Shown here piece by piece: positions 1 through 10,706 of a stretch of 64,000 bases of DNA. The stretch lies in the NCBI GenBank assembly GCA_000091205.1, contig AP006501.2; one strand, written 5' to 3'. The stretch comes from Cyanidioschyzon merolae (Eukaryota). Under the pieces are notes generated by a model. The model saw nothing but the letters and a program-made list of their open reading frames with translations. It searched no databases and was not told the origin of the DNA. Made by a program: the position numbers and the translations under genes. Position 1 is the first letter of the stretch. The number at the start of each line of letters is the position of its first letter.

Positions 1-528
1 CAGCAAGATCTGAATTCGCTCATGACATGTACATTTTTTACGCAAAACACCACGAAGAAATCGAATCACGAGGCACAGCAATCGAAAATGAAGCAGGCAA
101 TGACGTTAACCTGATTCAAGTGCATCCGCTGCGCTACATATGTACCAACATCCATACACTGGGCGTACCAACTCGGTGACCAGGCATACGCGACTACGCA
201 GCACTCTGTGCGTCTTATTCCTTCGTTCAGCTACGCGCGCTCATCTGATCGAAAATGATAGGCAGTGTTTGAGGCATTTCGCATGATGCACAGCGTCGGC
301 TTGATGCAGCCGTGGACAGCGCCACCTTTTGAACTTGGCTGTCCGATCCTCGTCGATACTTACTCAGTATCGTCTGCAAAAGACCGCATATGAACGACGT
401 GATCGCAGCGGCTCAAGTAAGACACAAGGGAAACCAGGCCCAGCGCATGGCCCGCGATATGCAGCGATGCTCGTATACGACCGGGTCGAGCACATGCGCC
501 CTGCTCCAAAGTCACATCCCAGCGATTG

Positions 529-1683
529 TCAGGAGGATTTAGGAGGTGGGTCTCGCTTCCCCACTTCCGCTTTCCTCATCTGATCGCGGCTGGCGCGCCG
601 CTGGCCCCCAGCCAAAAGTCGTTGGTACTCCACAGAGTGCGCCCAGCGATCGAGCTCGCGAGCGCGCACCACCGGCAACGGATGCGTCGCGCTGCGCTGC
701 ATCCGTTGTCGAACTTGGCGACCGAGACGAGTTCGACTCACCGAATCCAAGCGAGTAGCCTGTTGCAGAAATGCATCCGGATTCATTTCCGAAGCCCACG
801 TCGCCGAACCACCTGACAGCTTCATGAGCACACTGATAACGAGGCGAGGGTCCTGCATTACAAGCAGCGCGGCACGGTCACAGCTGAGCTCGGCAGCCTG
901 CAGCCAGCTGAAAATACGACGACCCAACATGGTTGCAAGTGATCGACCGAGTTCCCCCAGTTGTCCCAGAGCGAGTAGAAGCAGGTTCGCCGTCGTGATC
1001 CAGATTCCGTGCTCACACTTGAGATGGCCCAGCTCGTGCGCGATGACGGTCTGCAGTTCGGATGCCGTCAGTCCCATATCCAGCAACGCCGAGTGCAGCA
1101 CGATGAACGGACGCTGTCCATTAATAGCGAGGGTGTACGCGTTCGGTATCGGGTTTTGACGAATGTACAGGTCAGGAACGTCGATATGCAGAATCTCACA
1201 AGCCTCGGTGAGCAGAGCATACAACGAGGGTAGCTGCTCGGGGCCAACTAAAACACCTGACGAGATATTTTCTATTTCAAGCACCTGCTCCGCCACGGGG
1301 CCAATAACCCTCCGAATGAGTGCACCTAAACCGGTGATTCGTGTCAAAAAGTCCATTTGGCGCGTTGCAAGCGCATCCAGTGGGTGGCGAAAGTCGGCGG
1401 CCTCGAGACCGACCAACACAGCACGTTGCGAAGCCGCTTCCTGTCGCACTACCGCACAGCATCGTGTTCCGAGACGACTTGCACAGCCCGAATGCGTCAC
1501 GGAGTAGCGTCGGCAGGCTAGTTTCGAAAGCCGCCAAGCTGGTCGACTGCTCGGGATCGGCTGGTACTGAGGTCGAGTGCCCGCGGCAACTGTTCGCAAG
1601 GAGCTGTGGCTGCGGACACCCAGCGACGCGAACGCCAAGTACAGCCTCTGTTCACTACAACCGCACAGTCTGGAGTGAACCAT
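529..1683 (-). CDS. M48-family zinc metallopeptidase (HtpX/Ste24-like) with N-terminal extension, possibly organelle-targeted
   Basis: HEXXH motif 'VIAHELGHLKCEHG' followed by 'AELSCDRAALLV' (conserved downstream Glu/Asp region of M48). ATG confirmed at 1681-1683 (cat on + strand). 384 aa. Confidence 0.72.
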   Translation of the reverse strand: MVHSRLCGCSEQRLYLAFASLGVRSHSSLRTVAAGTRPQYQPIPSSRPAWRLSKLACRRYSVTHSGCASRLGTRCCAVVRQEAASQRAVLVGLEAADFRHPLDALATRQMDFLTRITGLGALIRRVIGPVAEQVLEIENISSGVLVGPEQLPSLYALLTEACEILHIDVPDLYIRQNPIPNAYTLAINGQRPFIVLHSALLDMGLTASELQTVIAHELGHLKCEHGIWITTANLLLLALGQLGELGRSLATMLGRRIFSWLQAAELSCDRAALLVMQDPRLVISVLMKLSGGSATWASEMNPDAFLQQATRLDSVSRTRLGRQVRQRMQRSATHPLPVVRARELDRWAHSVEYQRLLAGGQRRASRDQMRKAEVGKRDPPPKSS

Positions 1684-2704
1684 TATCCACGTGTAGCTTT
1701 ACGTGCTATTTCGATACGCTTGACACGAGTTTCAGATAAGATATACGCACAACAGAGCGCGTGTGTTGGAGAATCCACGCGCAGTGGCGAGCGCACGTTT
1801 CACGTTCCCGGGAGCGTTCATGAATCGCTACGCACACAGGCGCCTCCCAGTGTTTTCGAACCTGTCGCTTGTTCGCGCTTTCTGTTCATCCAGGCACAGT
1901 TTGAGCCTGAGAGACTGCCCCACAAAGTTGGATTGCATCAGCTTATTAGGTCCCGTGTCTTCAACATCACATATCGTCTGATATTGATACAGTCTCGGTT
2001 GGTGAACTCCTCGCGTTTGCAGCCTCTGGTTGAACCTAACTTTGCAGGGACTCCTCGAAGTTGTGGCCTCGATGCCGTCCAAGTCTCGTTTGCATCCCGT
2101 TGGGCAAACGCTTTTCATCGTCTGTCTCCCCTCTTCTCCGTCTTGTTCTTCCTATTCGTTAATCGCTCTTCTTTATTCGATGGTCGGTGAGAGAGGATTT
2201 TTTCGGTTTTTTTCCAGCAGCCGGCGATGGCATCCCTGCGGGATCTCCGACTACCACGTCCATGCTTCTCCCCTGGATTCTTTTTCTTCAAATGAGCGCA
2301 CTTCAAATGCATCAGCTACAAACCGCGAACATGCATTCGATGACAAGCACCTGGGTGTGAAACACAACTGAGATGAAAGACCACAAGGAGTATGCTCCTC
2401 ATTTGGCAATAGAGAGCTTGCCTTGGAACGCGAGTTGTCCCCGCAACGCCGTTCGTATTACCTGCCGTGTTGGGCTTACTGTTGAACGAGGCTTTTGTGC
2501 ATTCGTTGCGCAACTCGCGAGTGAGCAAACGCTGTCTAGCTGCCCGCTGCTATGACGCTGGTTTGGAGCTCGCTCACTCGTGCGATCAAGCAAGACCTAT
2601 CTCGGGGGAGAGTCTTGTGCACCAGGTGCGTCTCTGTAGCGGCGGACGAACGCAGCTGTGGAGAGAGCCTCGCGTGCTCTCCGAGGCGGGGTACACTCTG
2701 GACT

Positions 2705-4243
2705 ATGGACAGGTGCCTCCGACGTTGCCGGGAGCGCAATCTTTTGGCCTCTTTTCGTGGGACGAGTGCCGCTGCATTGAAACATTCGCTCTCTCAGCTG
2801 TGGAAAGCGTGCGCACACCAGCGTTACAGCGGTACGCGTGTCGTCAAACGGAGCTGCAGCTGCGGTGTGGACTACCCGGACGAGCGGCCTACCACTGACG
2901 TGCAGCACGCGAGCACCACAGAAACTTTGCAGTTGGCGGAGACAACAAGGCATGGGACTGGCGCATGTGCGGCTCTGGTGCACCAGCGAATACCGCCATA
3001 CGAAGCTAGTTATTCGGCATTGGCGGCCAGGTATGCCGAGCGGGCTCCTACTCTAGGCAGCGACTTGACGCCGGCAACTCGAGTGCTCCAGTTTCGATCA
3101 GCGCGTAAGCATGACCGGCGGTTAGAAACGCGACGTTACCTGGAGCACTTTACCAGGGGCTTTGCAGATGCACGCGTTTCTCCTTCGGTTCTCGTTTTAG
3201 CAGAGCATGCCCGCGGGAATGTCGCGCCTGCAACCTGGGCTGCATTACGAGCAGCCCAGCAGGTATGCGGGGGCACGTTGTCGAGCAACGGCAACGACGC
3301 CAAACAAACTGGACATATTGAGGTTCTCGTCTTCGATCGCGTGGATTCAGATATGGGGGCGGTTCTAAAACAGCTCGCTCAGGTTGACGGTGTATCGCGA
3401 CTCGTTCTCGTTTGTGATGGGCACTGCAGGTATCCCGTTGCCGAGATGCTGGCCCCTGTCATTGCCCGCTGGAGTGCAGAGCAAGGCTATTCGCACGTGT
3501 TCACTGGCGGGAGTACTTTTGGCAAAAATATTCTACCACGCGCAGCAGGTATCCTGGGCATCCAGCCGCTCTCAGATATCATGCAGGTGTGTTCGCCATG
3601 GGAATTCGTGCGTCCGTTGTATGCGGGGAGCATTCTGGCCCGCGTACGCTTGGTACCTCCCTCTGAACCGTCATCTAAGACTGGATGGCGTTGCTGGGCG
3701 ACTATTCGGGGTACCGCTTTCGAGGCCGCGCAACTTCGCCACGATGACGCCTGTCCAACTGAACTCGACATCACAGACAAGGCAAGGCAGTATCTCCAAG
3801 ACGCCGCACCGCCAGCCGTGGAGTGGTTGCAGCAGACGGGCGCTAACGCCGAAAGGCCGCGCTTGGAAAGCGCCCACATCGTTGTTACCGGTGGCCGTGG
3901 CCTCCGCGACGCCGAGCACTTTCAAGCCTTTGTGATGGAGCTTGCAGACCGTCTGGGGGCAGCCGTTGGCGCCACGCGGGCGGCTGTTGATGCCGGCATG
4001 TGTGCCAATGAACTTCAGGTCGGGCAGACAGGCAAGGTTGTTGCACCAGAGCTCTACATCGCCGTGGGCGTGAGTGGTGCCGTCCAGCACCTTGCGGGCA
4101 TGAAAGACAGCAAGGTCATCATCGCCATCAATAATGACCCAGAGGCCCCGATTTTCCAAGCAGCCGACTACGGCCTCGTCGGTGACCTGTTTGAGATCAT
4201 GCCCGCTCTTTTAGAGAAATTATCTAACTCGCATAAAAAATAG
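2705..4243 (+). CDS. ETFA: Electron transfer flavoprotein alpha subunit (ETF-alpha); 5' end uncertain
   Basis: C-terminal half matches the ETF-alpha FAD-binding domain almost motif for motif ('[81 protein letters not shown]'). The N-terminal domain '[17 protein letters not shown]...[30 protein letters not shown]' is also recognisable. Homology only begins near nt ~3165. The only in-frame ATGs are at 2552 and 2705, which leaves an unusually long N-terminal extension. Confidence 0.8.
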   Translation: MDRCLRRCRERNLLASFRGTSAAALKHSLSQLWKACAHQRYSGTRVVKRSCSCGVDYPDERPTTDVQHASTTETLQLAETTRHGTGACAALVHQRIPPYEASYSALAARYAERAPTLGSDLTPATRVLQFRSARKHDRRLETRRYLEHFTRGFADARVSPSVLVLAEHARGNVAPATWAALRAAQQVCGGTLSSNGNDAKQTGHIEVLVFDRVDSDMGAVLKQLAQVDGVSRLVLVCDGHCRYPVAEMLAPVIARWSAEQGYSHVFTGGSTFGKNILPRAAGILGIQPLSDIMQVCSPWEFVRPLYAGSILARVRLVPPSEPSSKTGWRCWATIRGTAFEAAQLRHDDACPTELDITDKARQYLQDAAPPAVEWLQQTGANAERPRLESAHIVVTGGRGLRDAEHFQAFVMELADRLGAAVGATRAAVDAGMCANELQVGQTGKVVAPELYIAVGVSGAVQHLAGMKDSKVIIAINNDPEAPIFQAADYGLVGDLFEIMPALLEKLSNSHKK

Positions 4244-5149
4244 GCAGAGCGCCTCTTGTAAATGTCGTGTTTACCTGCTGCGGTGCCGCGCTGCACACCG
4301 AGCATCCAGGGCGTTTGTTCCGCGAGGCTGCTGCATGGCCCGCGTGTTCCAGGGGCCTGCGTGGGCCGTTTCGACGCCCCGGAGGCACCAGTCCATGCGG
4401 ACTGCTCGCCAAGGCCGTCATGAACGACCTACCAGCGACAAAGGTTTCGTGCGCTCGGCACCGATGTCAAAAACGGTGCCGCAAAAACTCGCTCCTCAGA
4501 TACTAGTTTAACGTCTCGCTTCTCGCCTATTTCAGAGAAGCGAGCCTCGGCGCTGTTGCACGCTGCACAACGAACGAGTATGAAAAGTGCAGCAGATCGT
4601 ACCTGTGATCTATCGAATATCATATTCAGCGCAAAACGACGCTGCTCAATCACGCCAAACTTTTGCGTTAGCGGTGCTGCACGACATATGCACGTTTGCA
4701 GCACGACGTGACGCGGAGTCGAAATACGCAACGAATTTACGGCTGCTGTCCCTGATTCATAGCAATAAATGCATACTGACAGTACAGTTCGTGTCGCAGT
4801 CACCAAGCGAAAGTCGCATTCGTCAGCGTTCGATCAGATCACGCAGGGAGCGCCTCTCTACCAAGCGCAAGTGACCCAACCTGCCCGCTCACTTGCAAAG
4901 AACAAAGGCTATGAACCTTGAACTCTGTCTCCAAGTTGTCTCTTATCAGGCTTTTTGTGCTTGTAAGGAACGCAACGCTACGCCCAGCCTTGCCTGTGCA
5001 GTCTTTGGTGCAGGCGCACCTGCGGAAACCTCCCCAGTAGCGTAAACTGGTCGTAGCGTTCAATACACGTCGACGTATCGGGATGCCCGACAAAGAGACA
5101 CACGCTACTGCGCAAACGTTTTGTGAAACTTGTTTTCAAGCGTACACAA

Positions 5150-5420
5150 ACGTTTCTTTCTAGAGCACGTGTTCAGGTGAACAGATTCGCTTTGGTATTA
5201 AAACCGTTCTTTATAGAGCACGTGTTCAGGTGCTCACACAGGTGTCGGCAGGAACAATTCTCAAAGTGCGCAAGCAGGTTTCTCTGTGAAGCACGTGTCC
5301 AGGTGCACAGACGAGTTTCGGTACAAAGTGCGCACTTGCGTTTCTCTTCATATAAGACGTCTTCAGGTGAATAGACACGTTCTGGTATACACACACGTTT
5401 CGGTGTGCGCAAGTTTGTGT
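5150..5420. promoter_or_regulatory. ~65-bp degenerate tandem array (4 units), each unit containing a CACGTG-like (G-box/E-box) core, immediately upstream of the 5474 CDS
   Basis: Units begin 'tttct(t/c)t..agagcacgtgttcaggtg..', 'gaagcacgtgtccaggtgcacagac', 'agacgtcttcaggtgaatagacacg' and end '..gtgcgcaag'. Read directly from the sequence. Confidence 0.45.
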
Positions 5421-5473
5421 TGGAACTTTGTGCATCAAGTGGACGCTCTATTGCCGCAAAAAACATCAAACTT

Positions 5474-6241
5474 ATGACGCAGCCACCTTCTGCCAGTGCG
5501 GGTGAGGCTGATGCCTTTCAGTCGCTTGTTCAGGAAGAGCTCGGAGAGAATGCGTTCTCCACAAGCACGCCGGTGAACGATGGCACCGGGGGCGGCGACG
5601 TTTTTCTGCCAAACGAAGGCGTCGAAAGTGACGCAATCACCACGCTTCCGGTTTCTACGGCAGGCACGGTGCGTACACCTTTTGATCAAGACGAAAAAGA
5701 GTTCCCTGTTGGAAGATCATCTGTCGATGGGAAGCTATGGAAGGGCGCTGGAGGTTCGACGTTTGCGATCGAGGGCGACTCAACCAGTGGACGCGACGCT
5801 GTACAGGAGGCATCTCGGGCGCGGGCACAGCGCATCCGCGAACGCGATGAAACTGAACGAGAAGTCCGTCAAAAGTCTCGCGAAGCAGCCGTGCAAGTGT
5901 GGGAAAAGATGCACCAGGCCTGGGAGAAAACATGCCAGGAGAAACGTGTCGAGACGAAGAAACGGCAAGACAAGCTTAGTGAAGAGCGTGATGCGCTTTA
6001 TCAGGCCATGCTTGAGAATGGTGACAACAATAAGCCAGCATGGCACCTCGTTCGGGCACTGATAGAGTCTAACAGTTCGGGATTGGGAGCGGGCCGATCA
6101 CTCGGGACACCTGGCGGCATGTCTGGACCCGGTGCTGCCAGTGCTGTTTCCGAGGAAGATGGCAGTTACCGTAGCCTCCGTACTCGCATGAAGGATGTAA
6201 TCTATAGCTCCGCCAGCGAAGCGAGCCCGAAGAGTCGTTGA
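5474..6241 (+). CDS. Clathrin light chain-like protein (tentative)
   Basis: Acidic N-terminus 'GEADAFQSLVQEELGENAF' resembles the conserved CLC N-terminal motif. The central charged coiled coil 'RARAQRIRERDETEREVRQKSREAAVQVWEKMHQAWEKTCQEKRVETKKRQ' and the C-terminus 'KPAWHLVRALIES...SLRTRMKDVIY' parallel CLC 'EWERVARLCDF...DVSRMRSVLISLKQ'. The ORF-track start at 5405 is GTG; the first ATG is at 5474. Confidence 0.4.
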   Translation: MTQPPSASAGEADAFQSLVQEELGENAFSTSTPVNDGTGGGDVFLPNEGVESDAITTLPVSTAGTVRTPFDQDEKEFPVGRSSVDGKLWKGAGGSTFAIEGDSTSGRDAVQEASRARAQRIRERDETEREVRQKSREAAVQVWEKMHQAWEKTCQEKRVETKKRQDKLSEERDALYQAMLENGDNNKPAWHLVRALIESNSSGLGAGRSLGTPGGMSGPGAASAVSEEDGSYRSLRTRMKDVIYSSASEASPKSR

Positions 6242-6981
6242 TCTTACCATCGTATGTACGGTTACCGGCTGCCGCGGAAAGGTTCTCGCATAATACATGA
6301 TGGAGAGCGAGGAGAAACTCTGCGTCTGGTGTCGGTGTCGGTGTCGGTGTCGTCTGCGGCTGGAAGAGCACAACGTGCGTGGTCTTGTGTCGGGAGCAAA
6401 CGTCGGCGGACTAGCGTGTTCAAGGAACCTTTGGAATAAGGAGGCACGAGAGACGAAGCAGGTGCATTCCAAGGAATACTTCATTCTTTAGCACAGGCAA
6501 CGTATACGAGCTTGTTCTCAGATGGCACCTAGGCGGTGTCGTAAGCGTCAAACACGATCCTCCTGACAGCGACGATGCCAGTACTGTCTCTTGCAGAGCA
6601 CCTCTGACTTTGCAAGCACGTGGATTCTCTCGATAGCTCGTCCACGATCGCGACGCCTGTATATCTCTTCTCTGGGAACAGCCAGGTCAGGTCTGCTTGA
6701 GGCCGCTCTAGGACACCCCATTCTCGCAATGGCGGAGATTTCGTCACGAGTCCTGTACAACATTGCGCCATCGCTATACCGTCGACTAGTGCTATCGTAT
6801 GGGCCTCGTATCGTTAGCGAGCACTCCATCCGAACAGCCGCATGACAAGTGAAGCGACCGATCGAAAGCAGCCTTGCATGGAGCTACGAATCAGAGAAAC
6901 CCCGAGGAACACGTATACTTCCCGAAGATAACAGCACACGCCAGTTTGCCTGGTATCCTCCTTGCATGCGAAACACACGAC

Positions 6982-8463
6982 TCAGCACACACGAGATGAT
7001 GGTGCACTGCTTTTGGAAGGGCAAAGAACACAAGCAATGCGCTCGAATGCAACTTGTAGCGTTTGCGTATCCTCAACTGCCGAGAAGCAACATCTATACC
7101 ACCCGGGTTCAGGAGCATGGCAAACACGACCCGGATAGATCAACACTCGCGCTTCTCGAAAGAGTCGCTCAGCAAGTTCCAACTCCGCTTCCCAGGTCGC
7201 CTCGCGAAGAAATCTCTGCAAGCCAATCCATACGAAGAATCCAGCCTGGCTGGGATAGATGCGCACCTGCTCTGCCCCAAGACTGGTTTGAATCGCTTGA
7301 ACAGCCACCTGATACGCTTCCTCTAGTCGTCGTTGGTTTGCGACGAAAAACTTGTGCAACCATTGCTCGTCACTCAGCATTCGGCAAAGCACTGCCTGCG
7401 TATCCCGACTGGGCGACGAAAACAAACACGGTGCTCGAATCGCCTGCAACAGAGCCTGGTTCTCCGTAAAGAGAACCCCACATCGCATGCCACTCATACA
7501 GAGGTCCTTACTAAACGTCCATACGACATGCACATCGTTGCCGAGACCCTGGACGGCCAAAACGTCCGCTACGGAACGAAAACGCCCCGCATGGCTCTGG
7601 AAGACCGAGAGCGCGTACGCCTCGTCGCTCACCAGGTGCATGCCATGGGATCGACACCATTGAATGGAAAGCTCTAGTTCTTCTGTCGATAGAATATTGC
7701 CCGTTGGATTCCCGGGACTGTGCAGGAGCAACACTCGCGGTCGTTGCCCGCTCGCTCTACAGGTCCGGTCCGCAGTTTCAAGCGCATCCCTTGTCAGACG
7801 GTGGTGGTTATGGAGCGCTGTTTGTACAGGTACGGGTATGCACTTTGCACGGCAGCTCAGGTCAAAGTCAAATCCCGGATAATACGGTGCCGGAATCAAC
7901 ACGGCATCACCATCGTCACACAGGGCACTGAATACCAGGTCAAGTACAGCGCTTGCACCAACGGCACACAGGTAGTTATCGGGGTTGGCTGCACTTGCTG
8001 GGCCGCCTTTCGAAGCTGCAAATATATGCTCTCGAAAGAGTTGGCTAAGTGCCTTGCGAAAGCGTAACTCGCCGAACATGTAGTCGTACTGAAGGCACTC
8101 GTTGCGCGGCAATACGTCGCTGCGTTCCCGCTGAAACTGGGCTAAGACGGGTCCCGCACTGAGCGCGTTCTCGGCCACCAGCAGTGAGATATAACCATTA
8201 GGTTTTAATTGTGGATCGTATGCGTCCTGTTTCGCTGTAAAGGACCACTCAATCTGGCGTGGCGGTGCACGACTCGCAAGCGCCCTCCCCCGGTCTGAAA
8301 GCGTCTCTGCTGCGCTTTTCAGCACGCTACTCGTCTCTGGTTGTTGCATGCAGACACGTATACTTCGCTGTTGCTGCTGGGACGTAGCTGAACAGAGCAG
8401 CCGATCCCGACACTGAGCGCGAACGAACAAAGCTTCTCGGTAAACACCAGACTGGAGGAACAT
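6982..8463 (-). CDS. ACC-synthase-like class I/II PLP-dependent aminotransferase
   Basis: Motifs 'NGYISLLVAENALS', 'NPTGNILSTEELELSIQWCRSHGMHLVSDEAYALSVFQ' and 'SFSKDLCMSGMRCGVLFT' (Lys-containing PLP site) match aminotransferase class I/ACS-like proteins. ATG at 8461-8463. 493 aa. Confidence 0.8.
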   Translation of the reverse strand: MFLQSGVYREALFVRAQCRDRLLCSATSQQQQRSIRVCMQQPETSSVLKSAAETLSDRGRALASRAPPRQIEWSFTAKQDAYDPQLKPNGYISLLVAENALSAGPVLAQFQRERSDVLPRNECLQYDYMFGELRFRKALSQLFREHIFAASKGGPASAANPDNYLCAVGASAVLDLVFSALCDDGDAVLIPAPYYPGFDFDLSCRAKCIPVPVQTALHNHHRLTRDALETADRTCRASGQRPRVLLLHSPGNPTGNILSTEELELSIQWCRSHGMHLVSDEAYALSVFQSHAGRFRSVADVLAVQGLGNDVHVVWTFSKDLCMSGMRCGVLFTENQALLQAIRAPCLFSSPSRDTQAVLCRMLSDEQWLHKFFVANQRRLEEAYQVAVQAIQTSLGAEQVRIYPSQAGFFVWIGLQRFLREATWEAELELAERLFREARVLIYPGRVCHAPEPGWYRCCFSAVEDTQTLQVAFERIACVLCPSKSSAPSSRVC

Positions 8464-8561
8464 CCAGACTCGGCATCTCGAAGCGGTGGATCACTGCGGC
8501 CGACACTACGGCATTCTCCCGAGACGCTTCCATTGCGGTATCGAGTACGCTGATGAAGCGG

Positions 8562-9256
8562 GGAACTTGGCGACTGAGACAAAGTCTTCAACGTAGAAGC
8601 CTCATGGTGCAAGGATCGGGTGTATAAAGGTACGAGATACTGCGAACTTGGCGACTGAGGCACAGTCTTCAACGTAGAAGCCTCATGGTGCAAGGATCGG
8701 GTGTATAGAGGTACGAGATACTGCGAACTTGGCGACTGAGGCACAGTCTTCAACGTAGAAGCCTCATGGTGCAAGGGTCGGGTGTATAGAGGTACGAGAT
8801 ACTGCGAACTTGGCGACTGAGGCACAGTCTTCAACGAAGAAGCCTCATGGTGCAAGGATCGGGTGTATAAAGGTACGAGATACTGCGAACTTGGCGACTG
8901 AGGCACAGTCTTCAACGAAGAAGCCTCATGGTGCAAGGATCGGGTGTATAAAGGTACGAGATACTGCGAACTTGGTGACTGAGACACAGTCTTCAACGAA
9001 GAAGCCTCATGGTGCAAGGATCGGGTGTATAAAGGTACGAGATACTGCGAACTTGGCGACTGAGACAAAGTCTTCAACGTAGAAGCCTCATGGTGCAAGG
9101 ATCGGGTGTATAGAGGTACGAGATACTGCGAACTTGGCGACTGAGGCACAGTCTTCAACGAAGAAGCCTCATGGTGCAAGGATCGGGTGTATAAAGGTAC
9201 GAGATACTGCGAACTTGGCGACTGAGACAAAGTCTTCAACGTAGAAGCCTCATGGT
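8562..9256. repeat. 81-bp minisatellite, ~8.6 near-identical tandem units
   Basis: Unit 'gtcttcaacgtagaagcctcatggtgcaaggatcgggtgtataaaggtacgagatactgcgaacttggcgactgaggcaca'. Copies differ at only a few positions (ataaagg/atagagg; gagacaaag/gaggcacag; acgtag/acgaag). It lies in the 5' flank of the ACS-like gene. It yields a 306-aa repetitive ORF (8319..9239, minus strand) in a frame that overlaps the ACS-like CDS. Confidence 0.9.
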
Positions 9257-9602
9257 ATATGCATGATATCTAAATCCAACGATACATAAACTAGACCCGC
9301 GCACGCAAACTGCTTGTACGTGACTGTTGCCCCCGGAGAGCAACTGCATACCCTGCCGAGTCCTCGTTGACTTGAAGCAGCGAAAGCGACTGCTTTCGCT
9401 ACTTCCATACCACATCGCTACAGCGCTATCCGCTCGTGAACGCTTTCCGTATGCACCACCGCTCTTGCTCGGGTTGTTCCCGGTACTGCTTCACCTAGAG
9501 CAGGTCCAGTGCACGCACGTGTTTGTTGCCGCAAACTTGTTTACGTTCTTGTTGGTTCTCATGTTCCACATCATGGGTTTTCTTCTGGGCTACCACTTTC
9601 GT

Positions 9603-10430
9603 TCAACTAGCACCAGATGTGTACGTTTCGCGCACAAGCCTCCAGGAGTTATGATCGAAAAACTTGCCGTACGTCAACAAAGCCAGTAAGGATGCAGAAA
9701 GCGTACTACCTGCTGTGATCATATAATACACAACGATTTGATAACGCGCTGCTGTGTCCGTGGAACCGTTACCGACAATCTGCCCCGTCATCATGCCTGG
9801 TAAAGAGACAAGGCCTACCGTCAGCATCGAGTTCACGACCGGAATCAGTGCCGAGCGCAAGGAGGCTCGAAGTGCCGGTGCGATCGCTTGTTTTGGACTG
9901 GCACCTATGCTGAGGAGTTCCTCGATCTCTTTCTCGTGCGAGGATACCTCGGACTGGAGTCGTTCGCCCAACAACGCTACTGTGTTCATGGCGTTCCCGA
10001 GAATCATACCGGAGAGCGGGATAAAGTAACGCGGCATCCAGAAAGGTTTCACTCCGATGACGGTCCAAGTTGTTTGCACGATCACGAAACCTGCACCACT
10101 GAGAAGCGAGACTAGCACGGCGACGAACATACCCGGTATTGGTCGGTGCATGCGCTGTGAAGCTGTCCAGGCAGCAACCAAAGTCATGATGCTTACTGCC
10201 AAGAACACAAGCAATGGTAGGTTTGCAGCGAAAATCCAGCGCAAGACGAGCCCTACGAGCAACAACTGGACTGCGGCACGAAGGGACGCCCAAACCATAT
10301 CCAGTTCGATGCCAATCTCAAACAGCCATATCGCCATAACTGACAGTAGCATGAAACCGTAAGCGACAGCAAGTTGACCAAGACTGACAGGCAGGGCGCC
10401 GGCCGTGTCGGCACTGCTCGTGGACTCCAT
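9603..10430 (-). CDS. UPF0014/FetB-type (YbbM; plant ALS3/STAR2-like) ABC transporter permease
   Basis: Multi-TM protein of ~275 aa with UPF0014 family character ('ALIPVVNSMLTVGLVSLPGMMTGQIVGNGS...ARYQIVVYYMITAGSTLS'). The ORF-track start at 10454 is GTG; the first ATG is at 10428-10430. Confidence 0.75.
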   Translation of the reverse strand: MESTSSADTAGALPVSLGQLAVAYGFMLLSVMAIWLFEIGIELDMVWASLRAAVQLLLVGLVLRWIFAANLPLLVFLAVSIMTLVAAWTASQRMHRPIPGMFVAVLVSLLSGAGFVIVQTTWTVIGVKPFWMPRYFIPLSGMILGNAMNTVALLGERLQSEVSSHEKEIEELLSIGASPKQAIAPALRASLRSALIPVVNSMLTVGLVSLPGMMTGQIVGNGSTDTAARYQIVVYYMITAGSTLSASLLALLTYGKFFDHNSWRLVRETYTSGAS

Positions 10431-10706
10431 GAATGGGCGACGGATGCAAAACACGAACGCTTCCGACCCCAGGTCTGAACAACGAAGTGAATGTCCAGGT
10501 CAGAGCGCGTTGACTGCCGCACGCCGTCGAACAAGGCAAGAATCCTCGACCAGGTACAAGTGCAGTCGTGCAGGCTCTCGTACGGCTTCTCAAGGCCCAG
10601 CAGCAGGAGCGCGCTGAGCTCTGGTGCTGTGCTCGTTCGTGCCGTGCGGCCTGCCTTCTCACCAAGACACCTTCGACTGTGAATGCTCGCTTCCCGATCT
10701 GCGGCT

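Noticed and set aside
2552-2704. Upstream ATG (2552) as the ETF-alpha start
   Set aside because: Either start gives an implausibly long non-homologous N-terminus. 2705 is reported as a placeholder and the uncertainty is flagged, without asserting either.
6328-6352. (GTGTCG)4 microsatellite
   Set aside because: It is real but short and unremarkable among the many simple repeats here, so it is not listed as a separate feature.
8319-9239. 306-aa minus-strand ORF made of 27-aa tandem units (SPSSQYLVPLYTRSLHHEAS...), which could be a repeat protein
   Set aside because: It is produced entirely by the 81-bp minisatellite. It overlaps the ACS-like CDS (8319-8463) in another frame and has no non-repetitive domain. 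It is treated as a non-coding minisatellite in the ACS promoter, although coding cannot be fully excluded.
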